Below are positions 10,911 to 21,452 of a stretch of 64,000 nt of DNA, in pieces (position 1 is the first letter of the stretch; each line of letters starts with the position of its first letter). The stretch covers positions 32,001-96,000 of the forward strand of contig JBFMAF010000003.1 in the NCBI GenBank assembly GCA_040755995.1, in the 5' to 3' direction. The stretch comes from Acidobacteriota bacterium. Its GTDB lineage: Bacteria > Acidobacteriota > CAIWXX01. The translations under genes were made by a program, and so were the position numbers. A model generated the notes under the pieces. The model was not told the origin of the DNA. It did no database searches and saw nothing but the letters and a program-made list of their open reading frames with translations.

Positions 10911-12959
10911 ATGCACGTTCGCTCGATCGGCATCGCGATGATCCTCGCGCTGTCGGTGTCGGCATCGAGAGCAGCCTCGACGGCGCCGGATCACGTCGTG
11001 CTAATCTCGATAGATACCCTCCGTGCAGATCACTTGGGCTGTTACGACTATGAGGCCGTGACCTCGCCCGCGATCGACGGCCTGGCTCGCGACGGAACTC
11101 TCTTCGAGAACGCCTTCACCCCCGTCCCCTTGACGCTCCCGGCTCACGCCTCGCTGCTCTCCGGACTCTACCCGACGCGCACGTCCGTGCGCGACAACGG
11201 CGGCTATCGGGTGCCGGAGTCGATCGAGCTGCTGAGCGAGTCGCTCCTGGGCTTCGCCACCGGGGCGTTCGTATCGGGCTTCCCGCTGAACAAGCGGTTT
11301 GGTTTGGGCCAGGGGTTCGGCGTCTATGACGACCGCCCGGAGTCGCAGTCGGCGCCCGCGCACGCTTATCTGGAGCGGCGTGCCGAGCTCACTGTTCAAG
11401 CCGCCATGGACTGGGTGCTAGAACAGCGCGGGCGATTCTTCCTCTTTCTTCACCTGTTCGATCCTCACGCCCCGTATCTTGGTCATCCGGGCTTCGAGCA
11501 TCTCGCGCCGTACGACGGCGAGATCGCTTACGCGGATCGCCATATCGGGCGGCTTCTGGATATGCTGCGCTCGAAAGGTTTGTACGAGCGGTCGCTGATC
11601 ATCCTCACGTCCGATCACGGCGAGAGCCTGGGAGAACATGGTGAGAAGACACACGGCATCTTTCTGTACGACTGCACGCTGCACGTGCCCCTGATCATAC
11701 ACGGCGGCGGATTCCCCGCGGGCCGGCGCGACGGACGACTCGTATCGCTGGTTGACGTTGTGCCCACAGTCCGACGAGTCTTGGGACTGCCTGCGCGTCC
11801 TGATCTCGACGGGATGGACCTCAGGGAGGGCCGTGCAATCGACTCGATTTATGCCGAGAGTCTGTACTCGCGGATCGAGCTTGGATGGTCGGACCTGCGC
11901 GCACTCAGGACGATCGACAGCAAGTTCGTTCTGGCTCCGAAACCCGAGCTCTACGACCTGCGCAAGAACCCGGCGGAGACGGTGAACATGTACGCGACGG
12001 ACAGGGCCAGGGCTGCACGATTCGAGGAGACCATCAGGCAACGCTTCATGACCCGTGAGTCGGCGGCATACGCAATGCGACCAGACGCCGAGACTGCACG
12101 CATGCTGCAGACGTTGGGCTACGTGCAGGGCGGAGACCCGGCTGCAGCCGGGTCGTCCACCCGGCCGCTGGCCGATCCCAAGGATCGCATTGGACTGGTC
12201 GGGAAGATCGACGACGCCGTCGCGCTGTCGCAGCAGGGCCGTGCCAAAGAGGCGGCCGAGCTGCTATCGCCCGAGATAGCGGCCGACCCGGACAATCCGG
12301 AAATGGCCATGATCTATGCCGACCTGCTCGGGAGTGCCGGCCAGACAGCGGAGCTGGAGAAGTTCCTCTGGTCTTGCCGGCGGCTCCGGTATCCCCGGCT
12401 TCTGATCGCATTGGCCAACGCGCTGTCGAATCGCGGCCAGATCGAGCAGGCACGGGAGCTGTTGCAGGACGCGCTGGCGACAGGGGGTGACGAGGCGCAG
12501 ATCCGAAACGAGATGGCGATCTGCTTCTTGCAGGAGGGCGACATGACGAGGGCGGAGTCCGAGCTGCGAATCGCCCTCGCGCTCGATCCCAACTTCCGTG
12601 AAGCCTGGGTGAATCTGGGGCACCTTCTGTGCCAGCGCGGGCAATACGGGCAGGCGATCGAGTGCTACCGGCGCGCCATGGGCCTAGGCGAACCGTCCGT
12701 CTCGCTGCTCAACGGAGCCGGTGTTGCGGCTCACCTGGCGGGCGACGACGCCGGCGCCGAGGCGCTGCTGCGCCAGGCCCTGCGTATCGAGCCCGATAGC
12801 GCGGAGGCCCAGGTGAACCTGGCGCGCATTCTTGTCAGGCTCGGAAAGAAGGCCGCTGCGCTGGAGATACTGAGAGCGCTGGCGGAGAGGTCCGGGCTGC
12901 CCGAAGCCATCGCTACGGCGGCACGGGCCTTGCTTCGCGAGGTGTCGGCGCCAAAGTAG
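10911..12959 (+). CDS. Exported sulfatase/alkaline-phosphatase-superfamily hydrolase with C-terminal TPR repeats
   Basis: VVLISIDTLRADHLG, PLTLPAHASLLSGLYP, FDPHAPY, SDHGESLGEHGE; several TPR motifs in the C-terminal third. Confidence 0.9.
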   Translation: MHVRSIGIAMILALSVSASRAASTAPDHVVLISIDTLRADHLGCYDYEAVTSPAIDGLARDGTLFENAFTPVPLTLPAHASLLSGLYPTRTSVRDNGGYRVPESIELLSESLLGFATGAFVSGFPLNKRFGLGQGFGVYDDRPESQSAPAHAYLERRAELTVQAAMDWVLEQRGRFFLFLHLFDPHAPYLGHPGFEHLAPYDGEIAYADRHIGRLLDMLRSKGLYERSLIILTSDHGESLGEHGEKTHGIFLYDCTLHVPLIIHGGGFPAGRRDGRLVSLVDVVPTVRRVLGLPARPDLDGMDLREGRAIDSIYAESLYSRIELGWSDLRALRTIDSKFVLAPKPELYDLRKNPAETVNMYATDRARAARFEETIRQRFMTRESAAYAMRPDAETARMLQTLGYVQGGDPAAAGSSTRPLADPKDRIGLVGKIDDAVALSQQGRAKEAAELLSPEIAADPDNPEMAMIYADLLGSAGQTAELEKFLWSCRRLRYPRLLIALANALSNRGQIEQARELLQDALATGGDEAQIRNEMAICFLQEGDMTRAESELRIALALDPNFREAWVNLGHLLCQRGQYGQAIECYRRAMGLGEPSVSLLNGAGVAAHLAGDDAGAEALLRQALRIEPDSAEAQVNLARILVRLGKKAAALEILRALAERSGLPEAIATAARALLREVSAPK

Positions 12960-13080
12960 ACAACGCGACCCATCCTGCCCGGTTGCGCGATCGTTCCGCT
13001 TCACTCCGGCGCTCCAAAGGTGTACAATCATTTTTCGGTTGTTCGGTGTAGCACTCGGGTCGGACAAGGGGGGAGAGTAA

Positions 13081-13341
13081 ATGCCGTTCCAAGCGGGACA
13101 GAAGGCGTCTTTGAATGCCGGACAGATGGCGAGGGATGTCCTGACGCCCATCCTCGGGGAGTTCGTGGCGAAGACTTCCGTGAGCATGGCGGCGAAGCGC
13201 ATTGGGAAGACGCCGGACACGCTCGTGCAGGAGGACCTCCCGAAGCTTTCCGAAGCGCTCAGGCCGGCGCTGCGTACTCTATTGGGGCTTCAGGCCGCCG
13301 AGTCGCTGGTCGAGCAGCTGCGCGCGCTCGGCCATTCGTAG
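13081..13341 (+). CDS. Small helical hypothetical protein
   Basis: RBS GGGGAGAG before ATG; 86-aa amphipathic helical sequence; 13-nt gap to the next gene. Confidence 0.7.
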   Translation: MPFQAGQKASLNAGQMARDVLTPILGEFVAKTSVSMAAKRIGKTPDTLVQEDLPKLSEALRPALRTLLGLQAAESLVEQLRALGHS

Positions 13342-13354
13342 AAAGGATTCAAAC

Positions 13355-14179
13355 GTGGACAACGACCGAGGCTCCCCGAATGCTCGCGCTGCCGGGCGCG
13401 TCCGATACTCCTCAGTGGTCGCCGTCATCGCGGCCATTGCGCTGCTGGTACTGCTGCTCGCAGCCAGAGGTGCTTGGCTCGAGCCGCGCGTGTGGCTGCG
13501 CACGTATGCCGTCACAGCCCTTGTGACCCTCGTCGCCGCCGCCGTGTCGTTCTGGCAGGTCTCGCACGCTACCGGTGGAGGCACGGCAGCGTCGGCGGCA
13601 TGGCGGGTGCTCTTTGCAGGAATGGCCATCTTTCTCCTGGGTCATGCGCACTTGACCTACCAGCGATTCGTGAGCCCGACGGCCGACACCGCTTTCCCAT
13701 CGCTCGCCGACGTCTTCTTCGTCGTGGGGCAGACCCTCTTGATCGCCGGCCTCGTCATCCACCTCATCGCCTACCTTCGAACAGGGCTGCCGGTAGGCCA
13801 CCGGCTGTCGTACGTGCTGATGTACGTCATCGTGGCGGTCGTGGTGGCCTATCTCACCGCGAAACTCAATCTCCCGATGTGGGATGATGTCACAAGAACT
13901 TTCGGCTGGAAGATGGTGAACACGGTCTATCACGTCATCGACATGTTGACGCTTTGCGTTGCCCTGGCGTTACTCCGCATGGCCCTGCTCTTCCGGGGAG
14001 GCGCGCTGGCGCAGGGATGGGCGGCCATTGCCGTGGGGTTCGTGTTCATGATGGTTGCCGACCTGACCTTTGGCATAGGCGTACCCGCCGAGTACTCGGC
14101 CCTGGGCTACTTCGCCTCCTACGCGTCGATTACTTACGGAGTCGTGCGCCACCGAGAGGTGATACTAAGCGTGCGCTAG
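13355..14179 (+). CDS. Polytopic membrane protein (sensor-like, no cytoplasmic output domain)
   Basis: About 8 hydrophobic segments; FPSLADVFF motif seen in membrane sensor modules; GTG start after AAAGGA. Confidence 0.7.
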   Translation: MDNDRGSPNARAAGRVRYSSVVAVIAAIALLVLLLAARGAWLEPRVWLRTYAVTALVTLVAAAVSFWQVSHATGGGTAASAAWRVLFAGMAIFLLGHAHLTYQRFVSPTADTAFPSLADVFFVVGQTLLIAGLVIHLIAYLRTGLPVGHRLSYVLMYVIVAVVVAYLTAKLNLPMWDDVTRTFGWKMVNTVYHVIDMLTLCVALALLRMALLFRGGALAQGWAAIAVGFVFMMVADLTFGIGVPAEYSALGYFASYASITYGVVRHREVILSVR

Positions 14180-14336
14180 CAGGCCGGGATGCGATTAGTG
14201 GCCGACGCAGACCGTTTCCTGGGCGAGCAGCAGCCGAACGACGGTCTGTCGCTGATCGTGCTGAAGCGGTCAAGCTGAAGACGAAGAGGAACGCGCGTGG
14301 CCATCGCGCTCAGACCGCGCGCTCTCTCTTGCCGGG

Positions 14337-14870
14337 CTATTCGCCGGGGGCCTTGACGTGCTGGACCTGCTGCTTGGACTTCGCGTGCACGTCCACCCTC
14401 TCAGCTGACCTATCCTTGCCCTTCCGCTCGGGCGTAGGCCTGCCCTCTTCCTTCTTCGCCTCTTCCTTCTTCGCCGCCTTGCCCTTGGTCTTCTCTTTGA
14501 TTTTCGGCTTGAACTCGCTTCCGATGAGCTCCAGGTAGGCCATCTCGGCGCCGTCGCCCTTGCGAGGTCCCACTCGGATGATTCTGGTGTAGCCGCCATG
14601 CCTGGCGGTGAACCGAGGGGCGATCTGGTCGAAGAGCTTCTTCACTGTGCTGCGGCGCGGGACCACCTTGATCACCTGCCGGCGATGGTGGACCTCGCCG
14701 CGCTTGGCCAGTGTGATCAGCCGCTCGGCCACCGATCTCAGCTCCTTGGCCCGCTGGACCGTCGTGCGGATTCGTTCCTTCTCGAAGAACGACATCGCGA
14801 GGTTCCTCAACATGCTGATACGATGGCCGGTGGGCCGGCCCAGCTTCCTGCCATCCACTAGGTGTCTCAT
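14337..14870 (-). CDS. rplQ: 50S ribosomal protein L17 with Lys/Glu-rich C-terminal extension
   Basis: MRHLVDGRKLGR...RIRTTVQRAKE...GGYTRIIRVGPRKGDGAEMA. Confidence 0.97.
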   Translation of the reverse strand: MRHLVDGRKLGRPTGHRISMLRNLAMSFFEKERIRTTVQRAKELRSVAERLITLAKRGEVHHRRQVIKVVPRRSTVKKLFDQIAPRFTARHGGYTRIIRVGPRKGDGAEMAYLELIGSEFKPKIKEKTKGKAAKKEEAKKEEGRPTPERKGKDRSAERVDVHAKSKQQVQHVKAPGE

Positions 14871-14945
14871 CTCACTCTCACTTCTTCTGGAAAGTCGCGA
14901 GGATTGCGGGGGTAACTTGTGACTCGATTCGCAGCCAGCAGGGCC

Positions 14946-15977
14946 CTACTCCTGATCCTCGATCTCCGACTCCTCCTCCTGCCCCATCTCGATGCCGGCG
15001 GATTCCTCCGACGGCCTTGCTATGCCGCCCTCAATCCTCATACCGAGGCTCAATCCCATCTGTTTCAGTATGTCCTTGATCTCGGACAGCGACTTGCGTC
15101 CGAAATTCTTCGTCTGCAGCATTTCGGTCTCGGTCTTCTGCACGAGCTCGCCGACGGTCTGGATGTTCGCGTTTTTGAGACAGTTGTAGCTTCGCACGGA
15201 GAGCTCAAGCTCATCGACGCGCTTCGACAGGATGTCGCTCATCTTCTCGGACTTCTTCTCTTCGACCTGGGCCTCGCTGATCGGCTCTTCCTCGAAATTC
15301 ATGAAAATCGTGAGGTGGTCCTTGAGCAGCTTCGCGGCCAGGCTGACGGCGTCTGACGGCGTCATGCTGCCGTTGGTCCAGACGTCCATGATCAGCTTCT
15401 CGTAGTCGGTTGTCTGCCCGAGGCGGGCCATCTCAACTTCGTACTTCACCTTCCGCACAGGCGAGTGGACGGAGTCCATCGGGATGAAGGTGAGGTCCTC
15501 TTCCGAGTTCTTATCGGCCGACACGTATCCGCGCCCGAACTTCAGCCTCATCTCCATGTTCAGCTTCCCGGTCTCGGAGATGGTGGCGATATGCTGGTCC
15601 GGGTTCAGTATCTCGACGTCGCCGTCGGTCTGGATGTCCCTCGCCCTGATGTCGCACGGACCGGTGGCCTTGATATACAGACTCTTGGATTGCTGGCCTC
15701 CCATCCTGAAGAAGACCTGCTTCAGGTTCAGGATGATGTCGGTCGTGTCTTCCACGACACCTGGCACCGAAGAGAACTCGTGCAGCACACCGTCGATCTT
15801 CACGGCGGTGATTGCCGGACCTTCGATCGATGAGAGCAGCGTCCGGCGCAAAGCGTTGCCAATGGTCGTGCCGAACCCGCGCTCGAACGGCTGCGCCGAG
15901 AACTGCCCGAAGTCGGACTTCGTCACCTCGGCATTCCATTCTATCTTCCTGGGCTTCTGAAACCCTTTCCAAAGCAT
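14946..15977 (-). CDS. rpoA: RNA polymerase subunit alpha
   Basis: [44 protein letters not shown]. Confidence 0.98.
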   Translation of the reverse strand: MLWKGFQKPRKIEWNAEVTKSDFGQFSAQPFERGFGTTIGNALRRTLLSSIEGPAITAVKIDGVLHEFSSVPGVVEDTTDIILNLKQVFFRMGGQQSKSLYIKATGPCDIRARDIQTDGDVEILNPDQHIATISETGKLNMEMRLKFGRGYVSADKNSEEDLTFIPMDSVHSPVRKVKYEVEMARLGQTTDYEKLIMDVWTNGSMTPSDAVSLAAKLLKDHLTIFMNFEEEPISEAQVEEKKSEKMSDILSKRVDELELSVRSYNCLKNANIQTVGELVQKTETEMLQTKNFGRKSLSEIKDILKQMGLSLGMRIEGGIARPSEESAGIEMGQEEESEIEDQE

Positions 15978-16010
15978 GTGCCCTCGCCTCCTTCCGTTAC
16001 CCCTGGCTCG

Positions 16011-16646
16011 CTATACCTTGCTGTAAAGCTCGACTATCAAATGTTCGCTGATCGGGTACTGCACATCCTCGCGCCTGGGCATCGCCAACACCTTCCCGGC
16101 ACGCGCCTCCCAGTCCATCTCGAGCCAGGGCACGAGTCCGCCCTTGCCGCGCGCCGACTCCAGCGAGCTCTGGATGTGAACGTTCTTGAGATCGCGCTCC
16201 TCGACCGTTATCAAATCGCCCATGTTGACAAGGTAAGACGGCACGTTCACTCTTCTGCCGTTGACCCGCACATGGCCGTGGCCGATCAGCTGGCGCGCGT
16301 TGGCCATGGAGGAAGCGAAACCGAGGCGGCGCAGGACGTTGTCGAGCCGGCGCTCGAGCAGGCTCAACAGGTTCTCGCCCGTGACGCCCTTCATCTTCTC
16401 GGCCCTTTCGAAATATCGCCTGAACTGCTTCTCCAGCAACCCGAACATCCTCTTCAGCTTCTGCTTCTCGCGCAGCTGCAGGCCGTAGCCCTGTATCTTT
16501 GCGCGCCGCGCGCCGCCATGCTGCCCCGGCGGAACGCTGTGCTTCTCCATCGCGCACGAATCCTTGAAGCATCGCTCGCCCTTCAGGTAGAGCTTCGCGC
16601 CCTCCTTGCGGCACAGCCGGCATACTCCCTCATGATATCGCGCCAC
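16011..16646 (-). CDS. rpsD: 30S ribosomal protein S4 (Zn-binding form)
   Basis: CRLCRKEG...C...C; LREKQKLKR; LERRLDNV. Confidence 0.98.
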   Translation of the reverse strand: MARYHEGVCRLCRKEGAKLYLKGERCFKDSCAMEKHSVPPGQHGGARRAKIQGYGLQLREKQKLKRMFGLLEKQFRRYFERAEKMKGVTGENLLSLLERRLDNVLRRLGFASSMANARQLIGHGHVRVNGRRVNVPSYLVNMGDLITVEERDLKNVHIQSSLESARGKGGLVPWLEMDWEARAGKVLAMPRREDVQYPISEHLIVELYSKV

Positions 16647-16663
16647 GTTTCCTCCCCTGCGAA

Positions 16664-16691
16664 TGTCCTATGTCCTGCGTCCCATCTCCTA
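16664..16691. repeat. Degenerate heptamer tandem repeat in the rpsK-rpsD spacer
   Basis: TGTCCTA TGTCCTG CGTCCCA TCTCCTA. Confidence 0.55.
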
Positions 16692-17102
16692 CACGCGCCT
16701 GCGCTTGGGCGGACGGCACCCATTGTGCGGGATGGGCGTCACGTCCCGGATCGACTTGATCTCCAGCCCGGCCGACTGCAGAGCGCGGATGGCGCTTTCG
16801 CGGCCGGCGCCGGGCCCCTTGATCAGCACGTCGAGCTGCCTCATCCCGTGGTCTCTGGCCAGATTGGCTGCGGTCGTGGCGGCGACCTGGGCGGCGAAGG
16901 GTGTGCCCTTGCGCGACCCCTTGAACCCCTGTGCGCCGGCACTGCTCTGGCAAACCAGGTTCCCCTCGACGTCGGTAATCGACACGATCGTGTTATTGAA
17001 CGTCGCCTGGATGTGGGCGATACCCACGAAGACGTTCTTCTTCTCTTTCTTCTTCTTGTAGCTGCGTTTGGCCCCCTTGGCCGGAGCCTGCTTCTGTGCC
17101 AT
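16689..17102 (-). CDS. rpsK: 30S ribosomal protein S11
   Basis: [42 protein letters not shown]. Confidence 0.98.
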   Translation of the reverse strand: MAQKQAPAKGAKRSYKKKKEKKNVFVGIAHIQATFNNTIVSITDVEGNLVCQSSAGAQGFKGSRKGTPFAAQVAATTAANLARDHGMRQLDVLIKGPGAGRESAIRALQSAGLEIKSIRDVTPIPHNGCRPPKRRRV

Positions 17103-17117
17103 GATGCATCCCCTCCG

Positions 17118-17504
17118 TTACTTCCTGGGCGGAGTCTTCCTGCCCTTGACGATGCCGCCCTTGCGCGGGCCCTTCCGCGTGCGGGCATTTGTGCGTGTGC
17201 GCTGGCCGCGCACCGGCAGGCCGCGCCTGTGCCGCATGCCGGCGTAACATCCGATCTCCATGAGGCGCTTGACGTTCATGGAGACCTCTTTGCGCAGATC
17301 GCCCTCGACGTTTCCTTCCCGCTCGATGATCTGCCGGATGCGATTGATCTCTTCCTCGGTCAGCTCTTTCACGCGCTTTGCGCTGCTGACACGCGCCTCT
17401 TCCAGGATCTGGCGCGACCGGCTGCGGCCGATCCCGAAGATGTACGTCAGTCCGATGTCTGCGCGCTTTTCACGCGGCAAATCGACGCCCGCAATTCGTG
17501 CCAC
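17118..17504 (-). CDS. rpsM: 30S ribosomal protein S13
   Basis: [32 protein letters not shown]. Confidence 0.98.
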   Translation of the reverse strand: MARIAGVDLPREKRADIGLTYIFGIGRSRSRQILEEARVSSAKRVKELTEEEINRIRQIIEREGNVEGDLRKEVSMNVKRLMEIGCYAGMRHRRGLPVRGQRTRTNARTRKGPRKGGIVKGRKTPPRK

Positions 17505-17516
17505 CCCTGACCTCCC

Positions 17517-17630
17517 TTATCCCTGCCGCTGCTTGTGCTTGGGGTTCTTGCAGATGACCCGTATCACACCCTTGCGGCGAACAATCTTGCACTTGTCGCA
17601 GATGACCCTGACCGAGCTCCGCACTTTCAT
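17517..17630 (-). CDS. rpmJ: 50S ribosomal protein L36 (37 aa; below the ORF-track cutoff)
   Basis: Translated by hand: [37 protein letters not shown]. Confidence 0.97.
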   Translation of the reverse strand: MKVRSSVRVICDKCKIVRRKGVIRVICKNPKHKQRQG

Positions 17631-17682
17631 AACTGCACCTCTTTCGAGCCTAATCTCCCCGGTCGCACTCGCGCCTGCCCAT

Positions 17683-17901
17683 TCACTTGAGTCTGTAGGT
17701 GATACGGCCGCGCGTGAGATCGTATGGCGAGAGTTCCACCATAACCCTGTCGCCAGGAAGAATTCGAATGAAATTCTTCCTCATCTTGCCGGAGATGTGG
17801 GCGAGCACCTGGTGCTTGTTGTCGAGCTCCACGCGGAACATCGCGTTCGGCAGCGGCTCGACCACCGTCCCTTCGACTTCGATTGCATCTTCCTTCGGCA
17901 T
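17683..17901 (-). CDS. infA: Translation initiation factor IF-1
   Basis: [11 protein letters not shown]...[10 protein letters not shown]...HISGKMR...[10 protein letters not shown]. Confidence 0.98.
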   Translation of the reverse strand: MPKEDAIEVEGTVVEPLPNAMFRVELDNKHQVLAHISGKMRKNFIRILPGDRVMVELSPYDLTRGRITYRLK

Positions 17902-17906
17902 ATCTC

Positions 17907-18662
17907 TCAGCTACCCTCCCACTCCGACAGCACAACCGGGCCGTTGTCGGTCACGGCGACGCTGTGTTCGAAGTGAGCCGACAACTTCCCATCCGCGGTT
18001 TCCACGGTCCAGTTGTCGGGCAGTACCTTCACCTCGTGCGTGCCCTCGTTGACCATTGGCTCGATGGCCAAAACCATCCCCTGCTTCAGCTTCGGGCCCT
18101 TGCCGCGTGTGCCGAAGTTCGGGATCTGCGGATCCTCGTGCAGGTGCGTCCCTATGCCATGCCCGACGTAATTGCGGACCACCGAGTACCCGTTGGATTC
18201 GACGAAGTCCTGGATCGCGCACGAGATGTCTGAAACCCGGTTTCCGACCCTGGCCGGTTCGATTCCGATCGCAAGCGCGCGACGCGTGATGTCAATGATG
18301 CGCTGGGCGCGCGGGCTGGCGCGCCCGGCGACGGCCGTGAGCGCCGCGTCGCCGTAGTATCCGTCGAGCAGCACGCCCATGTCGATCGAGATGATATCGC
18401 CTTCGCGAAGCGGGCGGCTGTTCGGGACGCCGTGCACGACTCCCTGGTTGACCGACGCGCAGAGTGTCGCGGGGTAGCCGCGATAGCCCTTGAATGCGGG
18501 CTGAGCGTGAGCGGCGCGTATCTCAGCCTCGGCCATGGCATCCATTTCTTTCGTGGTCATTCCCGGCACAACTGCTTTCTCCAGCATTTTCAGGATCCGC
18601 GCCACCAGCTGGCAGCTGGTGCGGATCTTTCTGATCTCTTTTTCGGACTTGCAGAAAATCAC
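17907..18662 (-). CDS. map: Type I methionine aminopeptidase
   Basis: [19 protein letters not shown]...YYGDAA, GHGIG...HEDP, AIEPM, AHFEH; GTG start. Confidence 0.96.
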   Translation of the reverse strand: MIFCKSEKEIRKIRTSCQLVARILKMLEKAVVPGMTTKEMDAMAEAEIRAAHAQPAFKGYRGYPATLCASVNQGVVHGVPNSRPLREGDIISIDMGVLLDGYYGDAALTAVAGRASPRAQRIIDITRRALAIGIEPARVGNRVSDISCAIQDFVESNGYSVVRNYVGHGIGTHLHEDPQIPNFGTRGKGPKLKQGMVLAIEPMVNEGTHEVKVLPDNWTVETADGKLSAHFEHSVAVTDNGPVVLSEWEGS

Positions 18663-18676
18663 TTCCGGCGCTCGAA

Positions 18677-19315
18677 CTACAGCAGCGCGGCGATCCGCCT
18701 CTGGACCTCCTCCACCCCACCCGATCCGTCCACCTTCTGGTAGACCCCGCGGCTCTTGTAGAAGTCGATCAACGGGGCGGTCTGCTTGTGGAAAACCGCC
18801 AATCTCTGTGCGACCGTCTCCGGCCTGTCGTCGTCGCGGAGGATGAGGGAACCGCCGCAACCGTCGCACACGCCTTCGGTCTTGGGCGCGTTGGAAATCA
18901 CGTTGAAGGTTCTGGCGCAGCTCTTGCAAACTCGGCGGCTGGACAGCCGCTGGACGATCGCCTGGTCCTCCACGGCGACGTCGATCACCTTGAACGCGCC
19001 GCCGGCGTGTGTCGAGATTTTCTCGAGCATCTCGGCTTGCGCTACGGTTCTGGGGAAGCCGTCCAGCAGAAACCCCATGGTGCAGTCGGGTTGGGCGAGT
19101 CTCTCCCGGACGATGCCGACCACGATGTCGTCGCTCACGAGTCCGCCGGAGTCCATTATGGCCTTCGCCTTGCGGCCGAGCTCGGTGCCGTCCTTCACGG
19201 CCTGGCGCAGGATATCGCCGGTCGAGATCTTCGGTATGCCGAGTTTCCCGGCAACCATGTCGGCCTGGGTTCCCTTGCCTGCGCCTGGCGGGCCCAGCAT
19301 GATGATCTTCTTCAT
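18677..19315 (-). CDS. adk: Adenylate kinase (Zn-lid form)
   Basis: GPPGAGKGTQA, STGDILR, LDGFPRT, CKSC...CDGC lid. Confidence 0.97.
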   Translation of the reverse strand: MKKIIMLGPPGAGKGTQADMVAGKLGIPKISTGDILRQAVKDGTELGRKAKAIMDSGGLVSDDIVVGIVRERLAQPDCTMGFLLDGFPRTVAQAEMLEKISTHAGGAFKVIDVAVEDQAIVQRLSSRRVCKSCARTFNVISNAPKTEGVCDGCGGSLILRDDDRPETVAQRLAVFHKQTAPLIDFYKSRGVYQKVDGSGGVEEVQRRIAALL

Positions 19316-20694
19316 CCTCTCCTCCCTCGCAGTCTGCTGCTCTTCATGAAACCGTCGTAGTGCCGCATGATGAGCTGCGACTCAATCTGCTGCATGGTGT
19401 CCATGGCGACGCCGACGACGATCAGCAGCGAGGTGCCTCCGAAGTAGAAGTTGATCCCCATGCCGGTGGTGATGATCTCGGGGAGGTTGCGGTCGAGCCA
19501 GGCCCCGATGAACGGGAGGGGCGCGACCTTGAACCCTGCCATGAGGAATTCCGGGAGAATGGCGATTGCGGCCAGGTATACGGCACCGCCGAAGGTGATC
19601 CTGGTGAGGATCTTGTCGATGTACTCGGCCGTGCGCTTGCCCGGGCGGATGCCTGGGATGAAACCACCGTACTTCTGGAGGTTGTCTGCGACGTCGTTCG
19701 GGTTGAAGATGATTGCAACGTAGAAGTAGCAGAAGAAAATGATGCCGGCCACGTAGAGCAGATTGTAGAGCGGCATGCCCCACTGGAGCTGCTTGGCGAT
19801 TGCAGCGGTGATGGGATGCGTGATCAGCGAGGCGATTGTGGCTGGGAAGACGATGATCGACGAGGCGAAGATGACCGGGATGACGCCGCCGGTATTCACG
19901 CGCAGCGGCAGGTGTGTGGACTGCCCACCCATCATCCGGCGGCCGACGACTCGCTTCGCGTACTGGACCGTGATGCGCCTCTGACCGCGTTCGACGAAGA
20001 CGATTACAGCCACGACGGCCACCATCAAGACCACGAGCGGAATGAGCTGCAGGAGGCTGAAGCGGCCGGTCCGGAGGCTGGTCAGGAGGTCGGCCATGGC
20101 TGACGGCAGCCCGACTACGATCCCGGCGAAGATGATCAAGGAGATTCCGTTTCCGATCCCCCGTTCGGAGATCTGTTCGCCGAGCCACATGATGAAAGCA
20201 GTGCCCGTGGTCATCGTGATGACCGACATCAGCCGGAATCCCCAACCGGGGGTCTGCACGATGGCGGCCCCGCCGGGAGCTGTAAGTTTCTCGAGACCGA
20301 TGGCTATTCCGAGCGACTGGACGATGCTCAGCACTACCGTGCCGTAGCGCGTGTACTGGGTGATTTTCTTCCGGCCGGTCTCGCCTTCTTTCGAGAGCCT
20401 TTCCATATACGGCCACACGACGGTGAGCAGCTGCAGGATGATGGACGCGCTGATGTACGGCATGATGTTCAACGCGAAGATAGTCATCCTGGAGAGGTTC
20501 TTGCCGGAGAAGAGATCGACGAAACCGAAGACCGTGCCCTTGGCGGACTCGAAGAGCGCCTGGAGCGCATCGGCGTTGATCCCGGGTGTCGGGATCTGGG
20601 CGCCGAGCCTGTAGACCGCCAGCAGGGCGAGCGTGAAGAGGACTCTCTTCCTGAGATCGGGAATGCTGAAGATGTTCCGAATAGACGCGATCAC
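19312..20694 (-). CDS. secY: Preprotein translocase SecY
   Basis: IMPYISASIILQLL, GIGNGISLIIFAGI, GGFIPGIRPG, GGTSLLIVVGV. Confidence 0.98.
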   Translation of the reverse strand: MIASIRNIFSIPDLRKRVLFTLALLAVYRLGAQIPTPGINADALQALFESAKGTVFGFVDLFSGKNLSRMTIFALNIMPYISASIILQLLTVVWPYMERLSKEGETGRKKITQYTRYGTVVLSIVQSLGIAIGLEKLTAPGGAAIVQTPGWGFRLMSVITMTTGTAFIMWLGEQISERGIGNGISLIIFAGIVVGLPSAMADLLTSLRTGRFSLLQLIPLVVLMVAVVAVIVFVERGQRRITVQYAKRVVGRRMMGGQSTHLPLRVNTGGVIPVIFASSIIVFPATIASLITHPITAAIAKQLQWGMPLYNLLYVAGIIFFCYFYVAIIFNPNDVADNLQKYGGFIPGIRPGKRTAEYIDKILTRITFGGAVYLAAIAILPEFLMAGFKVAPLPFIGAWLDRNLPEIITTGMGINFYFGGTSLLIVVGVAMDTMQQIESQLIMRHYDGFMKSSRLRGRRG

Positions 20695-21131
20695 GCTGTG
20701 ATCACCTCCCAGCTCCCCCCAGCCGCCTTGATCTTTTCGATCGCCGCGTGGGAGAACTTGTGGGCGCGGACCTTGACGGCCCGTGTCAGCTCGCCGTCAC
20801 CGAGCACCTTCACTCGAGCGCCTGGACGAACCATCTTCTGAGCCGCCAGCTCGACCGGCCCGATCTCTACGCGGTCCGTCTTCTCCAGGGCGCCGACATT
20901 GACGATTTCGTAAGGAGTCCTGAACACGTTGGTGAATCCACGCTTCGGCACCCGCCTGTGCAACGGCATCTGGCCGCCCTCGAAGCCGCGTTTCTGCGAT
21001 GTCCCCGAGCGGCTCCACTGGCCCTTGTTCCCGCGGCCCGCCGTCTTGCCGTTGCCGCTGCCTGGACCGCGCCCTCGACGCTTGGACGTCTTGGTCGACC
21101 CCGACGCTTTCCTCAGTTGGGAGAGATTCAT
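20691..21131 (-). CDS. rplO: 50S ribosomal protein L15
   Basis: GRGPGSGNGKTAGRGNKGQ; GFEGGQMPLHRRVPKRGF. Confidence 0.97.
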   Translation of the reverse strand: MNLSQLRKASGSTKTSKRRGRGPGSGNGKTAGRGNKGQWSRSGTSQKRGFEGGQMPLHRRVPKRGFTNVFRTPYEIVNVGALEKTDRVEIGPVELAAQKMVRPGARVKVLGDGELTRAVKVRAHKFSHAAIEKIKAAGGSWEVITA

Positions 21132-21143
21132 GATCGGTCTCCT

Positions 21144-21347
21144 CTACTCGCCCGTGCCAATCACCTTGACCAGATGCGGGACCTTGTTGATCATCCCGCG
21201 GATCGAAGGGGTGTCCTTCAGACTGACCGTCTGATTCAGCTTGAGCAATCCCAAACCCCTCAGAATCTCCTTCTGATCCTTGCAGAATCCGATCCCGCTC
21301 TTGACCAGTTTCACCACAACCCTCTTGGCTTCACCCTGTTCCGCCAC
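21144..21347 (-). CDS. rpmD: 50S ribosomal protein L30
   Basis: VKLVKSGIG...LRGLGL...DTPSIRGMINKVPHLV; GTG start after AAGGAG. Confidence 0.93.
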   Translation of the reverse strand: MAEQGEAKRVVVKLVKSGIGFCKDQKEILRGLGLLKLNQTVSLKDTPSIRGMINKVPHLVKVIGTGE

Positions 21348-21394
21348 GACGAACGCTCCTTGGTCCATCCGCAGACAAGCCGCGGAAAATCGTC

Positions 21395-21423
21395 ATCATA
21401 TCAAAAAAACCCTTGGGAGACAA
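21395..21423 (-). promoter_or_regulatory. Putative internal sigma70 promoter upstream of rpmD
   Basis: Minus strand TTGTCT-17 bp-TATGAT with an extended -10 TG. Confidence 0.55.
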
Positions 21424-21452
21424 CGGAAAGAACCCGTCGGTTCGCCCAGGGC
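21403..21452 (-). terminator. Putative intrinsic terminator/attenuator after rpsE
   Basis: Imperfect hairpin CCCTGGG...GACGG-loop-CCGTT...CCCAAGGG followed by T7 on the minus strand. Confidence 0.4.
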
